A DNA stretch of 64,000 bases from Lachnospiraceae bacterium (GTDB lineage: Bacteria > Bacillota > Clostridia > Lachnospirales > Lachnospiraceae), in NCBI GenBank assembly GCA_052273485.1, contig DAVZID010000007.1:2607-66606 (forward strand). The letters are read 5' to 3'. Made by a program: the position numbers and the translations under genes. The first letter of the stretch is position 1; every line of letters starts with the position of its first letter. Below, piece by piece: positions 1 through 10,647 of the stretch. The notes under the pieces are model-generated. The model was not told the DNA's origin. It worked only from the letters and a program-made list of their open reading frames with translations, and did no database searches.

Positions 1-1440
1 ATCTCTTATTGCTGCTGAATCTGTTAACAGCATTACAAGACGGTCGATACCATATCCGATACCACCTGTCGGCGGCATACCTACTTCAAGTGCATTTAAG
101 AAATCTTCATCGGTGTGGTTTGCCTCCTCATCACCTGCATCAGCTGCTGCATCCTGTGCTTTAAAACGCTCTCTCTGATCAATCGGATCATTTAACTCAG
201 AATATGCGTTGCACATCTCCCATGTATTGATGTACAGCTCGAAACGCTCTACCTTGGACGGATCAGACGGCTTCTTCTTGGTTAACGGGGAGATCTCGAT
301 CGGGTGATCCATGATGAAGGTCGGCTGAATCAGCTTCTCCTCACAATACTCCTCGAAGAACATGTTAATGATGTCGCCTCTCTTATGACGAGCCTCATAT
401 GCGATGTGATGTTCGTCTGCTAATGCCTTTGCTTCCTCATCAGTCTTAATCTGATCGAAGTCAATACCTGCATACTGCTTGATTGCATCGATCATGGTCA
501 GACGTGCGAACGGCTTTCCTAAGTCAATCGGTGTTCCATTATAAGAAATTACGGTGCTGCCGCAAACCTTCTCAGCCAGGTAACGGAACATGCTTTCAGT
601 CAGCTCCATCATACCCTCGTAATCAGTATATGCCTGATACAGCTCCATCAGGGTAAACTCTGGGTTATGACGAGTATCAACACCCTCATTTCTGAATACA
701 CGGCCAATCTCGTATACACGCTCAAGTCCGCCGACGATCAGTCTCTTTAAGTACAGCTCCAGAGAAATACGAAGCTTTACATCCTCGTCAAGTGCATTGT
801 AATGGGTCTCGAATGGTCTGGCAGCTGCGCCACCTGCGTTGGAAACAAGCATTGGTGTCTCTACTTCCATGAAATCTCTTCCATCTAAGAAGTTACGGAT
901 CTCCTTGATGATCTTGGAACGCTTAATGAAGGTATCCTTTACCTCTGGATTCATGATCAGATCGACATAACGCTGACGATAACGGATATCGGTATTCGTC
1001 AGGCCATGGAACTTCTCAGGAAGAATCTGAAGGCTCTTGGAAAGCAGTGTCACCTCAGCAGCATGTACGGATTTCTCACCGGTCTTAGTGGTAAACGGTG
1101 TACCCTTGATACCAACAATATCACCGATATCCATTTTCTTAAATGCCTTATATGCATCCTCTCCAATGCTGTCTCTTGCTACGTAGCACTGAATATTGCC
1201 GTCTCTGTCCTGAATGTTGCAGAAGGATGCCTTTCCCATAACACGCTTGCTCATCATACGGCCTGCGATGGAAACTTCTTTTCCCTCAAGCTCGTCATAA
1301 TTGTCCTTAATCTGCTTTGTATGAGCTGTTACATCATACTTTGTAATGGTAAATGGATCATTTCCCTGCTCCTGCAGCTCAGCCAGCTTCTCACGACGAA
1401 CCTTAAGAAGCTGATTAATGTCCTGATTATTATCCGCCAT
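1..1440 (-). CDS. lysS: lysine--tRNA ligase (class II), 3' end cut by the window edge
   Basis: The reverse frame is open from ATG at 1440 to base 1 (480 codons, no stop), so it is absent from the ORF track. My translation begins [30 protein letters not shown]. It contains the class-II motif [20 protein letters not shown]. Confidence 0.93.
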   Translation of the reverse strand, partial: MADNNQDINQLLKVRREKLAELQEQGNDPFTITKYDVTAHTKQIKDNYDELEGKEVSIAGRMMSKRVMGKASFCNIQDRDGNIQCYVARDSIGEDAYKAFKKMDIGDIVGIKGTPFTTKTGEKSVHAAEVTLLSKSLQILPEKFHGLTNTDIRYRQRYVDLIMNPEVKDTFIKRSKIIKEIRNFLDGRDFMEVETPMLVSNAGGAAARPFETHYNALDEDVKLRISLELYLKRLIVGGLERVYEIGRVFRNEGVDTRHNPEFTLMELYQAYTDYEGMMELTESMFRYLAEKVCGSTVISYNGTPIDLGKPFARLTMIDAIKQYAGIDFDQIKTDEEAKALADEHHIAYEARHKRGDIINMFFEEYCEEKLIQPTFIMDHPIEISPLTKKKPSDPSKVERFELYINTWEMCNAYSELNDPIDQRERFKAQDAAADAGDEEANHTDEDFLNALEVGMPPTGGIGYGIDRLVMLLTDSAAIRD

Positions 1441-1458
1441 CGTATAAAACTCCTATCC

Positions 1459-1935
1459 TTAATATCTCTTTACGTCTAATACCTGATACTTTACTTCATT
1501 GCCCATGAAATCTACGACAATGATATCGCCCTTCTTCTTTCCAAGCATTGCTTTTCCAAGAGGGGACTCATTTGAAATCTTGAACTCAAGACTGTTTACC
1601 TCGGCGGAACCTACGATTGAGAACTCCATCTCCTCGCCGGACTCCAGATCCTTCAGTGTAACTGCAGAACCAAGGTTTGCAACATTGTGGTCAATATCGT
1701 CATCAGAAATAACGACTGCATTTTTGATCAGGTTCTCAAGTTCCTCGATCTTTGCCTCGTTGTCACGCTGCTCATCTCTTGCTGCATCGTACTCAGCGTT
1801 CTCGGAAAGGTCGCCCTGCTCACGTGCCTCTTTGATCTTATCTGCAATTTCCTTACGAATGACAACTTTACGCTCGTGTAACTCGTCTTCCAGCTTTTTC
1901 AGACCTTCGACGGTCATCATTTTCTTTTCTGCCAT
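1459..1935 (-). CDS. greA: transcription elongation factor GreA
   Basis: The ORF reads MAEKKMMTVEGLKKLEDEL...GDLSENAEYDAARDEQ, the GreA coiled-coil signature, followed by a C-terminal FKBP-like domain. I prefer the second ATG (1935); 1947 is also possible. Confidence 0.9.
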   Translation of the reverse strand: MAEKKMMTVEGLKKLEDELHERKVVIRKEIADKIKEAREQGDLSENAEYDAARDEQRDNEAKIEELENLIKNAVVISDDDIDHNVANLGSAVTLKDLESGEEMEFSIVGSAEVNSLEFKISNESPLGKAMLGKKKGDIIVVDFMGNEVKYQVLDVKRY

Positions 1936-2000
1936 GACTGTAACCATGCCTTTCTACGGCCTGCCTGCAGGCTCATCATATTATTAATTAAATGTTTAAA

Positions 2001-2028
2001 ATCAGAAAACAACAGAAGAAGCTTCTGC
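2001..2028 (-). terminator. putative rho-independent terminator after dusB
   Basis: The minus strand reads CAGAAG-CTT-CTTCTG followed by TTGTTTTCTGATTTT. The stem is short. Confidence 0.4.
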
Positions 2029-2031
2029 CGC

Positions 2032-3003
2032 TCAAACCATTATATCGGAAACCGCAAACCTTGTCAACAAACTTTTTAACTCCTCGTAGGTTGTCACCTG
2101 ATTAACTTCCTGACGAAGCTTTGAGGATCCCGGATACCCTGCTGTGTACCACGCAACTTGCTTTCGCATTTGCAAAATACCCATGTGCTCACCGACATAT
2201 TCGATCTGCATCTTTGCATGGCGAAGAATCATCTCACAGACCTCTTTATAGGTTGGTCTTGGGCTGATTGGTTTGCCTTCAAACGCTTCTTTTAATTCTC
2301 TGAAAATCCACGGATTTCCCTTTGCCGCGCGCGCAATCATAATGCCATCGCAGCCGGTTTCCTCCATCATTTTCTTTGCGGATGCCGCATCGGTGATATC
2401 ACCATTTCCAATAACTGGAATCTTTACCGCCTCTTTTACCTGACGAATGATGTCCCAATCTGCCGTTCCACTGTAATACTGCTTTCTGGTTCGTCCATGA
2501 ACAGCGACTGCCGCCGCTCCGCTCTCCTGTGCAATCCTTGCAATCTCAACTGCATTGACACTTGTCTCATCCCAACCGCGACGAATCTTGACGGTTACTG
2601 GCTTTTTTACTGCATTTGCCATTGCCTCGATGATTTTTCCAGCAAGCACCGGATCTTTCATCAGTGCTGACCCCTCGTGGTTGTTGACAACCTTTGGAAC
2701 TGGGCAGCCCATATTTAAATCAATGATGTCATATGGTCCTTCCTCAAGCTTTTTTGCCATCTCGGCAAGAAGCTCTGGCTCACTGCCAAAGAGCTGCACC
2801 GCAAGCGGATGCTCACCCTCTTCGGTCTCTAAGATTGGCTCTGTATTTTTGTTGTGATAGGACAATGCCTTTGCACTGACCATCTCGGTATACAAAAGAC
2901 CGCAGCCCATTTCCCTGCAGAGACGACGAAATGGCAGGTCAGTTACCCCCGCCATCGGTCCTAACGCAACAGGATGGGAAATTTCTACTGTTCCTATCCT
3001 CAT
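2032..3003 (-). CDS. dusB: tRNA-dihydrouridine synthase
   Basis: This 323-aa protein has LGPMAGVTDLPFRRL and DLNMGCP (catalytic Cys) Dus/TIM-barrel motifs. Its start overlaps the upstream stop as ATGA. Confidence 0.9.
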   Translation of the reverse strand: MRIGTVEISHPVALGPMAGVTDLPFRRLCREMGCGLLYTEMVSAKALSYHNKNTEPILETEEGEHPLAVQLFGSEPELLAEMAKKLEEGPYDIIDLNMGCPVPKVVNNHEGSALMKDPVLAGKIIEAMANAVKKPVTVKIRRGWDETSVNAVEIARIAQESGAAAVAVHGRTRKQYYSGTADWDIIRQVKEAVKIPVIGNGDITDAASAKKMMEETGCDGIMIARAAKGNPWIFRELKEAFEGKPISPRPTYKEVCEMILRHAKMQIEYVGEHMGILQMRKQVAWYTAGYPGSSKLRQEVNQVTTYEELKSLLTRFAVSDIMV

Positions 3004-3350
3004 AAAATTTCTTTTCCTGCCTCTTCTACTGTTTTATTCAGAAACATGACGCGATAGTACAGCTCAAGTGATGCCATCAGCTCGCGCTTTTGCTTCTGAA
3101 GCTGGTGCAGCTTTAAGCCCGCACCGATCTCATCATAATAATAATCCATATCGTCTGCTGTTGTCTTCATGACCAGTGTTCCGTCTGGCTCAAACTCGAG
3201 CGTTAAAATGCCGCCGATGTCTTCGGTAAACCAGACACACATGATCTGAAGCTCCTGCTTGATGGCTTCCGGCAGCGCAGAAAACTCTTGATTCAGATAG
3301 TACTTCTGATCATATGAATTTGCTCCGCAGAGCACTACATTTTGTTCCAT
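3000..3350 (-). CDS. hypothetical protein (about 116 aa), translationally coupled to dusB
   Basis: The internal ATG at 3350 is preceded by GAGGAA. The longer 150-aa ORF would overlap the birA 3' end. I recognise no motif. Confidence 0.6.
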   Translation of the reverse strand: MEQNVVLCGANSYDQKYYLNQEFSALPEAIKQELQIMCVWFTEDIGGILTLEFEPDGTLVMKTTADDMDYYYDEIGAGLKLHQLQKQKRELMASLELYYRVMFLNKTVEEAGKEIL

Positions 3351-3444
3351 TATATTCCTCTTTGTGCTTTCTTCTAGTTTTACGAAGCGCCCACTCGGTG
3401 AAGTGACTTTGTCGACGAACCTGTTCAGCGTGCCCACTATGCAC

Positions 3445-4428
3445 TTATACATACCCGTAGATGCCTCTCACGGATACCTCCCCCGCGATGACCGCCTCGA
3501 TGCTTCCATCCTCGCGCTGTACAAGGAGCGCACCGTCTTCGCTAATTCCAAGGCAGGTTCCTGTCCAGGCACCAGTCGGTGCGAGTACATTAACACGATT
3601 GTTTTGGTTTGCAAGGCGACTCTCATACTCATCCTTCAAATTTTTTAAGCTCTGTACGCTGACAAACTGCTCGTACAAGTCCTCAAACTCCTCGAGAATC
3701 TTTGCAAGGATGCTGCTTCGTAAAATTTCTTTTCCAGTGACAAGTTTTACGGAGGTGGCGGTCGCCTGAATCTCCTCTGGGAAGTCGGTCATCTGGACGT
3801 TGATTCCGATGCCGACGATGACATAGTGAATCTGATCCATGTCGGCACTCATCTCGGTGAGGATGCCGCAGAGCTTCTTTCCCTGATAAACAATGTCATT
3901 TGGCCATTTGATCTGCGTCTTGATACCTGCGACCTCATCGAGTGCACGGCTTACAGCAAGCGCAGCAACGAGGGTCAGCATAGAGGCATTTTCTGGCTGA
4001 ATCTGTGGGCGAAGCAAAATGGAAAAGGCAAGTGCGCTGCCCTTTGGTGTCTCCCAGTGACGGCCAAGACGACCTTTTCCAGCCTCCTGCGCATTTGCTA
4101 CCGCAACAGTTCCGTGCGGTGCTCCCTGCTCTCCTGCAAGCTTTAATCTGGTATTTGTGGAGTCGGTGACATCATACGCATAAAGTTCTTTGCCAAGCCA
4201 TTCTGTGTGAATGCGACTTGCACAGCTTTCCTTTGTCAGAAGATCTGGCTCGTGCGTTAAGCGGTATCCCTTATTTCGCACAGCCTGGATTTCGTATCCG
4301 TCCTCTTCGAGACTCTTCATTACTTTCCAGACTGCGGTTCTTGAAACGTTCAATTGTTCTGATAGCTCCTGACCGGACAGAAACCCTTCTTCATTCTTCT
4401 GTAAAAGTTCCAGTAATTTCTGTTTCAC
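3445..4428 (-). CDS. birA: bifunctional biotin--[acetyl-CoA-carboxylase] ligase / biotin operon repressor
   Basis: This 327-aa protein has an N-terminal winged HTH (LSGQELSEQLNVSRTAVWKVMKSLEEDGY). It also has the ligase loop GKGRLGRHW. Confidence 0.9.
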   Translation of the reverse strand: MKQKLLELLQKNEEGFLSGQELSEQLNVSRTAVWKVMKSLEEDGYEIQAVRNKGYRLTHEPDLLTKESCASRIHTEWLGKELYAYDVTDSTNTRLKLAGEQGAPHGTVAVANAQEAGKGRLGRHWETPKGSALAFSILLRPQIQPENASMLTLVAALAVSRALDEVAGIKTQIKWPNDIVYQGKKLCGILTEMSADMDQIHYVIVGIGINVQMTDFPEEIQATATSVKLVTGKEILRSSILAKILEEFEDLYEQFVSVQSLKNLKDEYESRLANQNNRVNVLAPTGAWTGTCLGISEDGALLVQREDGSIEAVIAGEVSVRGIYGYV

Positions 4429-4709
4429 AGACTGCCTCCCAAAATCGTAAGTATACTTGCCGTCAGAAAGCTCACCATGAGCGTGGCGCCAACCAAATAC
4501 AGGATGCCTCCTGCAAGATGGCCTTTGCCCTCACCCACGGTTCGGATGCCTCTGGCTAAAAACAAAAGAGCTGCTGCCCCAAACGCGATCATAAAGAAGT
4601 ATTCATAATGCTTCCAATCAAGCACCAAAATCACAGCAGATATGACAATCAAAAATGACATAAAAATCTCCGTGATTTCGAGCCCCCATCTTTTGCGTCT
4701 GTGCTTCAT
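4425..4709 (-). CDS. small integral membrane protein (94 aa, about 3 TM helices)
   Basis: Three hydrophobic segments are present. The stop overlaps the birA start by 4 nt. No family is recognised. Confidence 0.55.
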   Translation of the reverse strand: MKHRRKRWGLEITEIFMSFLIVISAVILVLDWKHYEYFFMIAFGAAALLFLARGIRTVGEGKGHLAGGILYLVGATLMVSFLTASILTILGGSL

Positions 4710-4721
4710 AGCTGCCTCCGA

Positions 4722-5705
4722 TTAAATGGTGGCTGCGATAACAGCCTTGATCGTATGCATACGATTCTCTGCCTCATCAAATACGATGGACTGGCTGCTC
4801 TCAAATACCTCATCGGTTACTTCCATTTCGCTCAAACCAAACTTTTCGGAAATCTCTCTTCCGATGCCGGTATTCAGATCATGGAAAGCAGGGAGGCAAT
4901 GCATGAATACGGCACCCTCTGCCGCATTGTCCATTGCTGCCTTATTTACCTGATACGGAAGCAGATCGTGGATACGCTCCTCCCATACGGCTGCCGGTTC
5001 ACCCATGGATACCCATACGTCGGTGTAAATTACATCTGCACCTGTGGTTCCTGCCTTGACATCGTCAGTCAATGTAACGGAACCGCCGCTCTCCTTTGCA
5101 AATGCACGGCACTGCTCAACTAACTTTTCATCTGGGAAATATTTCTTGTTGGTGCAGGCAGTAAAATGAAGTCCCATCTTGCTGCAGGCTACCATTAAGG
5201 AATTGCCCATGTTGTATCTTGCATCACCCATGTAAGTAAAATGAATGCCCTTTAAATGGCCGAAATGCTCACGAATGGTCAAAAGATCGGCAAGCATCTG
5301 GGTCGGATGAAATTCATTTGTCAGGCCATTCCAAACCGGCACAGAAGAATACTTTGCCAACTCCTCTACGATATCCTGTCCGTAACCACGGTACTCAATA
5401 CCGTCATACATGCGGCTTAATACTCTTGCGGTATCAGCAATGCTCTCCTTCTTTCCAATCTGAGAGCCTGACGGATCCAGATAGGTGACACCAATACCAA
5501 GATCATACGCAGCAACCTCAAAGGAGCAGCGCGTTCTTGTGCTGGTCTTCTCAAAAATCAGCGCAATGTTCTTTCCATGAAAGGTATCCATTGGAATGCC
5601 CTTTTTCTTCTTATCCTTTAAATCCGCCGCCAGATCAAGCAGATAGGTGATCTCCTCTGGTGTATAGTCAAGCAGCTTTAAAAAATCTTTTCCTTTTAAA
5701 TTCAT
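4722..5705 (-). CDS. argF: ornithine carbamoyltransferase
   Basis: The motifs [13 protein letters not shown] (carbamoyl-phosphate site), HPTQ and FMHCLPAFH are present. The start at MNLKGKDFL (5705) has GAGGG six nt upstream. Confidence 0.92.
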   Translation of the reverse strand: MNLKGKDFLKLLDYTPEEITYLLDLAADLKDKKKKGIPMDTFHGKNIALIFEKTSTRTRCSFEVAAYDLGIGVTYLDPSGSQIGKKESIADTARVLSRMYDGIEYRGYGQDIVEELAKYSSVPVWNGLTNEFHPTQMLADLLTIREHFGHLKGIHFTYMGDARYNMGNSLMVACSKMGLHFTACTNKKYFPDEKLVEQCRAFAKESGGSVTLTDDVKAGTTGADVIYTDVWVSMGEPAAVWEERIHDLLPYQVNKAAMDNAAEGAVFMHCLPAFHDLNTGIGREISEKFGLSEMEVTDEVFESSQSIVFDEAENRMHTIKAVIAATI

Positions 5706-5792
5706 CACAACCCTCATTTCTGCTGCCACGGCAGCGCTGCCTTTTTTTGCTCAAAGGCAGAAATTTCCAGAACCGTTAACTCTGGTATCAAC

Positions 5793-5821
5793 AGTATAAA
5801 TTTTCAAAACATAATTGTCAA
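5793..5821 (-). promoter_or_regulatory. sigma-A type promoter for argF
   Basis: The minus strand reads TTGACA (5821-5816), a 17-nt spacer, then TATACT (5798-5793). Confidence 0.55.
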
Positions 5822-5863
5822 GAAAAAAGGATAGATTGTATCAACGCGAACATTGGAGATTTT

Positions 5864-7270
5864 ATGAGACAAACTGACTTTTTCCGAAGATACCATAATG
5901 GTCATTCCAGCTCTTTTGTGGCAGGTACACTCTCCCTTACAGCCTCTGGCCTTTTGTGCCGTATGCTTGGCTTTGCCATCCGCATTTTTCTTTCCCGCAC
6001 CGTAGGCGAGGAAGGAATGGGCCTTTTGCAGCTGTCGCTTGTCGTGTTTGGCATCGGTGTCTCGCTGTGTGCGATGGGCATCCAAAGCGCCCTCTCAAAA
6101 CTTGCCGCTGACTACGCACAAAAAACCCCTGGTCAGGAGACGTTTCTTCTTCGCAGCGCGCTGATGCTCGCACTCTTCCTAGCCGTGCTTACTGGCAGTC
6201 TGTTCTTTTTCGGTGCTGATGTGATCGCTGAACGTTTCCTGCAAGAAATGCGCTGCGCGCCGCTCATTCGCATGTTTTCCTTTGCCCTTCCGTTTTGCTG
6301 TATTCATTCCTGCTATAACGGCTTTTTCTACGCAAACAGCCAGACACGGGAGCCTGCGCTGTCGCAATTAGCAGAACAGCTGACACGTGCTGGCACACTG
6401 CTTGTTATCTGGCTCATAAAAATGAGTCAAACGTCTACGATTGAATTGACTGACATCGTATTTGCCACCATTTTAAGCGAGGCTTCTGCTGCCTTTTTTG
6501 TCTGGTGCAGCCGTCTTCAGACAAAAAAGCGAACGATAAAACGCACAGTCTCCTATCCCACGCTCATCCGTGAGCTTACCCTGACCGCCTCCCCGATCTG
6601 CGCAAATCGTCTAAGTCAAACCTTTGTAACAGCAATTGAAAGCATGATGATCCCAGTCTGTCTGCGTCGCTTTGGCCTGTCCGATTCAGAAGCACTTTCT
6701 CTTTTTGGTGTTCTGACGGCGATGGCAATGCCCTTTATCCTATTTCCATCTATTTTAACAGGCTCCATGGCGGTGCTGTTATTGCCAAAGGTAGCCTCTG
6801 CTCACACCGCTCAAAATCGCGAGAAGCTTTTGTATTACAGCCGTTGCGCAATTCTTTTTTCTCTCGGACTTGGCTGTGGCTGTACCGCCTTTTTTTATCT
6901 TGCCGGTCCATTTCTTGGCAATCTGTTTTTTGACAGCGCCTCTGCCGGTCTGTACATACGAAAGCTTTCCCTTCTATGTCCATTTCTCTATCTTGGAATC
7001 ACCTGTGGCAGCATTTTAAACGGACTTGGAAAATCTGGTGCTGTCCTTGTCCATACACTGCTGTCCTTTGCGCTTCGCATCGGCGGCGCTGTTCTTTTGA
7101 TTCCAGTTGGCGGCATAGGAGGTTACCTGCTTGGTCTTTTAACCTCAGCGCTGTTACTCTGCACACTTCATTTATCGTCTATCCGAAGGGCATTTGCCAC
7201 GATGGACACCAATGAGCACACAAATTCCAATGAATCTAGTCAAGCCTCTGACACTCATGCGTCAGTCTAG
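5864..7270 (+). CDS. MOP-superfamily flippase, SpoVB / polysaccharide-biosynthesis-protein-like
   Basis: This 468-aa protein is hydrophobic throughout, with about 12-14 TM helices. It has a GGAG RBS. The family assignment rests on topology and overall resemblance only. Confidence 0.65.
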   Translation: MRQTDFFRRYHNGHSSSFVAGTLSLTASGLLCRMLGFAIRIFLSRTVGEEGMGLLQLSLVVFGIGVSLCAMGIQSALSKLAADYAQKTPGQETFLLRSALMLALFLAVLTGSLFFFGADVIAERFLQEMRCAPLIRMFSFALPFCCIHSCYNGFFYANSQTREPALSQLAEQLTRAGTLLVIWLIKMSQTSTIELTDIVFATILSEASAAFFVWCSRLQTKKRTIKRTVSYPTLIRELTLTASPICANRLSQTFVTAIESMMIPVCLRRFGLSDSEALSLFGVLTAMAMPFILFPSILTGSMAVLLLPKVASAHTAQNREKLLYYSRCAILFSLGLGCGCTAFFYLAGPFLGNLFFDSASAGLYIRKLSLLCPFLYLGITCGSILNGLGKSGAVLVHTLLSFALRIGGAVLLIPVGGIGGYLLGLLTSALLLCTLHLSSIRRAFATMDTNEHTNSNESSQASDTHASV

Positions 7271-7846
7271 CACTAGCTTTCCATTTACCACATGATAGTC
7301 ACGGTAGCGATGACGCAGCAGCTTTTTTCTCATGTACGAAAACGTGTACGCTTCTCCCTTTACCGCGGTCATCTTTAGCAGATACTCCAGAAGAAAACGC
7401 GTCTCATCGTTCATTACATAATTTTCCTTTGCACGCGCATAATACTCCCACGCGCTGCGGCAGGTATACTTCTCTTTCTGGTAATTACGGCTTGCACTGA
7501 TACGATCAATCACCATCTCTGCGACAAAGCGCTTTGGCATCTTTGCCCCAATAAAGCCGTCCGCCGGATTCACAGCATAATCGATCCAGTACTCAAAATG
7601 ATGGCGGTTGCGCCCCTTGTGGTGCAGCCAGCCCTGCGAATAGCCCTTCTCCTCTTTCTCTCGATTGATCGGGCTTCGCTTTCCTCTCTCATAATATTTT
7701 ACACCTGCTAAAAACTCAACCGGTGCATATTTGGACAGGTCATGCATCAGTCCTTGATACACTAGACCGACCCGAATACAGTCTCTTGTGACCAACCATT
7801 TGTGATGATTGATCGTGTGAAGATGTCCCAAAAATTGTTTTATCAT
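7262..7846 (-). CDS. His-rich uncharacterised protein (DUF5662-like)
   Basis: This 194-aa protein carries HDLSKY...WLHHKGRNRHHFEYW. It converges on and overlaps the flippase 3' end by 9 nt. Confidence 0.6.
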   Translation of the reverse strand: MIKQFLGHLHTINHHKWLVTRDCIRVGLVYQGLMHDLSKYAPVEFLAGVKYYERGKRSPINREKEEKGYSQGWLHHKGRNRHHFEYWIDYAVNPADGFIGAKMPKRFVAEMVIDRISASRNYQKEKYTCRSAWEYYARAKENYVMNDETRFLLEYLLKMTAVKGEAYTFSYMRKKLLRHRYRDYHVVNGKLVLD

Positions 7847-7973
7847 GTTCTGCTCCTTCCAACAATAGTTACAATGTGTTCACAAAGTCATCCAGTTTCT
7901 TTCGTAAATCTTTCCAACAAATGCAAAAATCAGGTCATTTTCTTTGGTTTGCCAATTTTTTTGCAAAAAAATT

Positions 7974-7989
7974 ACGAAAACGTTTTCGT
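7974..7989. promoter_or_regulatory. perfect 16-bp palindrome ACGAAAACGTTTTCGT, candidate LacI-type operator
   Basis: The palindrome is exact, has a central CG, and lies 7 bp upstream of the -35 of the cellobiose phosphorylase promoter. Confidence 0.4.
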
Positions 7990-7995
7990 TTTCTC

Positions 7996-8024
7996 TTGAT
8001 TTTTTATTTTTTTTCTACTATACT
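7996..8024 (+). promoter_or_regulatory. sigma-A type promoter for cellobiose phosphorylase
   Basis: The sequence is TTGATT, a 17-nt spacer, then TATACT. Confidence 0.5.
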
Positions 8025-8083
8025 GAATGCAACAGGGTTTTACCGCTCGAATTTTTGGATAACCCGAAGAAAAGGAGGTTGCT

Positions 8084-10519
8084 ATGAAATACGGTTATTT
8101 CGATGACAGCTCCAGAGAGTATGTCATTACCACCCCAAAAACTCCTCTACCGTGGATCAACTATCTTGGCTGCGAGGATTTCTTTTCCATTAAGTCCAAC
8201 ACCAGTGGAGGTTACTGCTTCTACAAAGATGCAAAGCTTCTGCGTCTTACACGTTATCGCTATAATAATGTTCCGTTTGATGATGGCGGTCATTATTTCT
8301 ACATAAAGGATGGCGATACGGTTTGGAATCCAGGCTGGCAGCCAGTACAGACTGAGCTTGACAGCTACGAGTGCCGCCATGGTATGGGCTACAGCATTTT
8401 TACAGGCATGAAAAACGGCCTGAAAGCACAGGTTACTTCGTTCGTTCCGATGGGTTACACCTGTGAGGTCAACAAATTAACTTTAACCAATGAGTCCGAT
8501 ACTGTCAAGAATTTTTCTGTATTTTCTTACGTAGAGTTCTGTCTATGGAACGCAATGGATGATATGACAAACTTCCAGAGAAACTTCAGTACCGGTGAGG
8601 TTGAGGTCATGGGTTCTGTTATCATTCATAAGACTGAGTATCGTGAGCGCCGCAGACACTATGCAATCTTTGGTGTAAACGCTCCGGTAGACGGCTTTGA
8701 TACCGACCGTGACAGTTTCCTTGGTGCATACCGCGGCTATCACAATCCTCAGGTTGTTGAGGAAGGAAAGTCCAGAAATTCCATGGCAAGCGGCTGGGCT
8801 CCAATCGGAAGCCATCAGATCAATGTTTCCTTACAGCCAGGCGAGACAAAGACTTATATCTATGTACTTGGCTACTGTGAGAATCCAGCAGATCAAAAGT
8901 GGGAGTCTCAAGGTGTCGTAAACAAGGCTCCGGCAAAGGCTCTTATGAATGCATTTGCAACCGAGGCACAGGCAGACGCTGCACTCGATCACTTAAAGGA
9001 ATACTGGAGCAGCCTGCTTGGCAAGTTCCATGTTGAGTCCGATTACACCGAAATGAACCGTATGGTTAACGTATGGAATCAGTATCAGTGTATGGTTACC
9101 TTCAACATGTCCCGTTCTGCTTCTTATTTTGAGTCTGGTATTGGCCGTGGAATGGGCTTCCGCGATTCCTGCCAGGATCTGTTTGGTTTCGTTCATTTGA
9201 TTCCTGAAAAAGCAAGACAGCGTATTATTGATATCGCATCCACTCAGATGGAGGACGGAAGTGCCTATCATCAGTACCAGCCATTGACAAAGCGTGGTAA
9301 TTCCGATATCGGAAGCGGCTTTAACGATGACCCGCTGTGGCTGATCGCTGCAGTAGCGGCTTATATCAAGGAGACTGGCGATTACTCCATCCTTGAAGAG
9401 TCCGTTCCATTTGATAACAAGGAAGAGACCGCCGTTCCGTTAATGGAGCATCTGCGTCGTTCCTTCAACTTTACCGTTACCCACCGCGGACCACACAAGC
9501 TGCCGTTAATCGGACGTGCTGACTGGAACGACTGTCTGAACTTAAACTGCTTCTCTTCCGAGCCAGGTGAATCCTTCCAGACAAGTGGACCTTCTGAGGG
9601 ACCAGTTGCAGAGTCTGTCTTCATCGCAGGTATGTTTGTAAAATATGGAAAAGAATATGCAGAGCTTTGCCGCAGACAGGGACTGGACAAGGAAGCTGCT
9701 GATGCGGACGCACAGGTAGCCGATATGTATCAGACCATCCTGACTGCAGGCTGGGACGGCGAGTGGTTTGTCCGTGCTTATGACGCTTACGAGAACAAGG
9801 TTGGTTCCCACGAGTGCGAGGACGGTCAGATCTTCATCGAGCCGCAGGGATTCTGTGTACTGGCCGGTGTCGGCATAAAGGAAGGCCACGCAGAGAAGGC
9901 ACTTGCCAGCGTAGAAAAGATTCTTGATACCAAGTACGGTATTGTTTTACTGCAACCAGCTTATAAGGATTATCACCTTGAGCTTGGTGAAGTTTCCTCC
10001 TATCCGCCGGGATATAAGGAAAATGCCGGTATCTTCTGCCACAACAATCCATGGATTTCCATCGCTGAGACCTGTGTTGGTCACGGAAACCGTGCATTTG
10101 AAGTTTACCGTAAGATCTGCCCGGCATACATCGAAGGCATCAGTGAAATTCATCGCACCGAGCCATATGTATATTCCCAGATGATCGCTGGTAAGGATGC
10201 AAAGAACTTCGGTGAGGCAAAGAACAGCTGGCTGACCGGAACTGCTGCATGGACCTTCTTAAATGTGTCTCAGGCAATCCTTGGTATCCAACCAGATTAT
10301 GACGGTCTCGTTGTCGATCCGTGTATCCCATCTGAGCTTTCCGGATTTACCATCACCAGAAAGTTCCGCGATGTCACCTACACCATCGAAGTAAAGAATC
10401 CAAACAAGAGCCAGAAGGGTATCTCCAAGCTGATCGTTGACGGTGTCACCGTTGATGGCAACCAGATCCCATACGATGCTTCCAAGAAGCAGATTCATGT
10501 GGTTGCTGTACTGGACTGA
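8084..10519 (+). CDS. cbpA: cellobiose phosphorylase (GH94)
   Basis: This 811-aa protein begins [29 protein letters not shown], a typical GH94 cellobiose phosphorylase N-terminus. The RBS is AAGGAGG. Confidence 0.88.
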   Translation: MKYGYFDDSSREYVITTPKTPLPWINYLGCEDFFSIKSNTSGGYCFYKDAKLLRLTRYRYNNVPFDDGGHYFYIKDGDTVWNPGWQPVQTELDSYECRHGMGYSIFTGMKNGLKAQVTSFVPMGYTCEVNKLTLTNESDTVKNFSVFSYVEFCLWNAMDDMTNFQRNFSTGEVEVMGSVIIHKTEYRERRRHYAIFGVNAPVDGFDTDRDSFLGAYRGYHNPQVVEEGKSRNSMASGWAPIGSHQINVSLQPGETKTYIYVLGYCENPADQKWESQGVVNKAPAKALMNAFATEAQADAALDHLKEYWSSLLGKFHVESDYTEMNRMVNVWNQYQCMVTFNMSRSASYFESGIGRGMGFRDSCQDLFGFVHLIPEKARQRIIDIASTQMEDGSAYHQYQPLTKRGNSDIGSGFNDDPLWLIAAVAAYIKETGDYSILEESVPFDNKEETAVPLMEHLRRSFNFTVTHRGPHKLPLIGRADWNDCLNLNCFSSEPGESFQTSGPSEGPVAESVFIAGMFVKYGKEYAELCRRQGLDKEAADADAQVADMYQTILTAGWDGEWFVRAYDAYENKVGSHECEDGQIFIEPQGFCVLAGVGIKEGHAEKALASVEKILDTKYGIVLLQPAYKDYHLELGEVSSYPPGYKENAGIFCHNNPWISIAETCVGHGNRAFEVYRKICPAYIEGISEIHRTEPYVYSQMIAGKDAKNFGEAKNSWLTGTAAWTFLNVSQAILGIQPDYDGLVVDPCIPSELSGFTITRKFRDVTYTIEVKNPNKSQKGISKLIVDGVTVDGNQIPYDASKKQIHVVAVLD

Positions 10520-10596
10520 TAAAAAATCATTGGAAAGTGTAAAGCAGTAATACTATTTGCTTTTGGAACACTTTCCAAACCACCTTAATGCATAAC

Positions 10597-10646
10597 AAAA
10601 AGCCTCTTTGAATACATGTTAGTAAACATGTTCAAAGAGGCTTTTT
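10597..10646. terminator. rho-independent terminator after cbpA (bidirectional shape)
   Basis: AAAAAGCCTCTTTGAA...TTCAAAGAGGCTTTTT forms a long perfect stem. It has an A-tract upstream and a T-tract downstream. Confidence 0.8.
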
Positions 10647-10647
10647 C

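Noticed and set aside
1006-1987. Plus-strand ORFs antisense to lysS and greA. The same applies to dozens of similar 60-170-aa antisense or shadow ORFs throughout the track, for example 36932-37432, 31045-31872 and 61926-62498.
   Set aside because: Each lies fully inside a longer gene with clear family motifs on the opposite strand or in another frame. Their compositions are typical of shadow frames.
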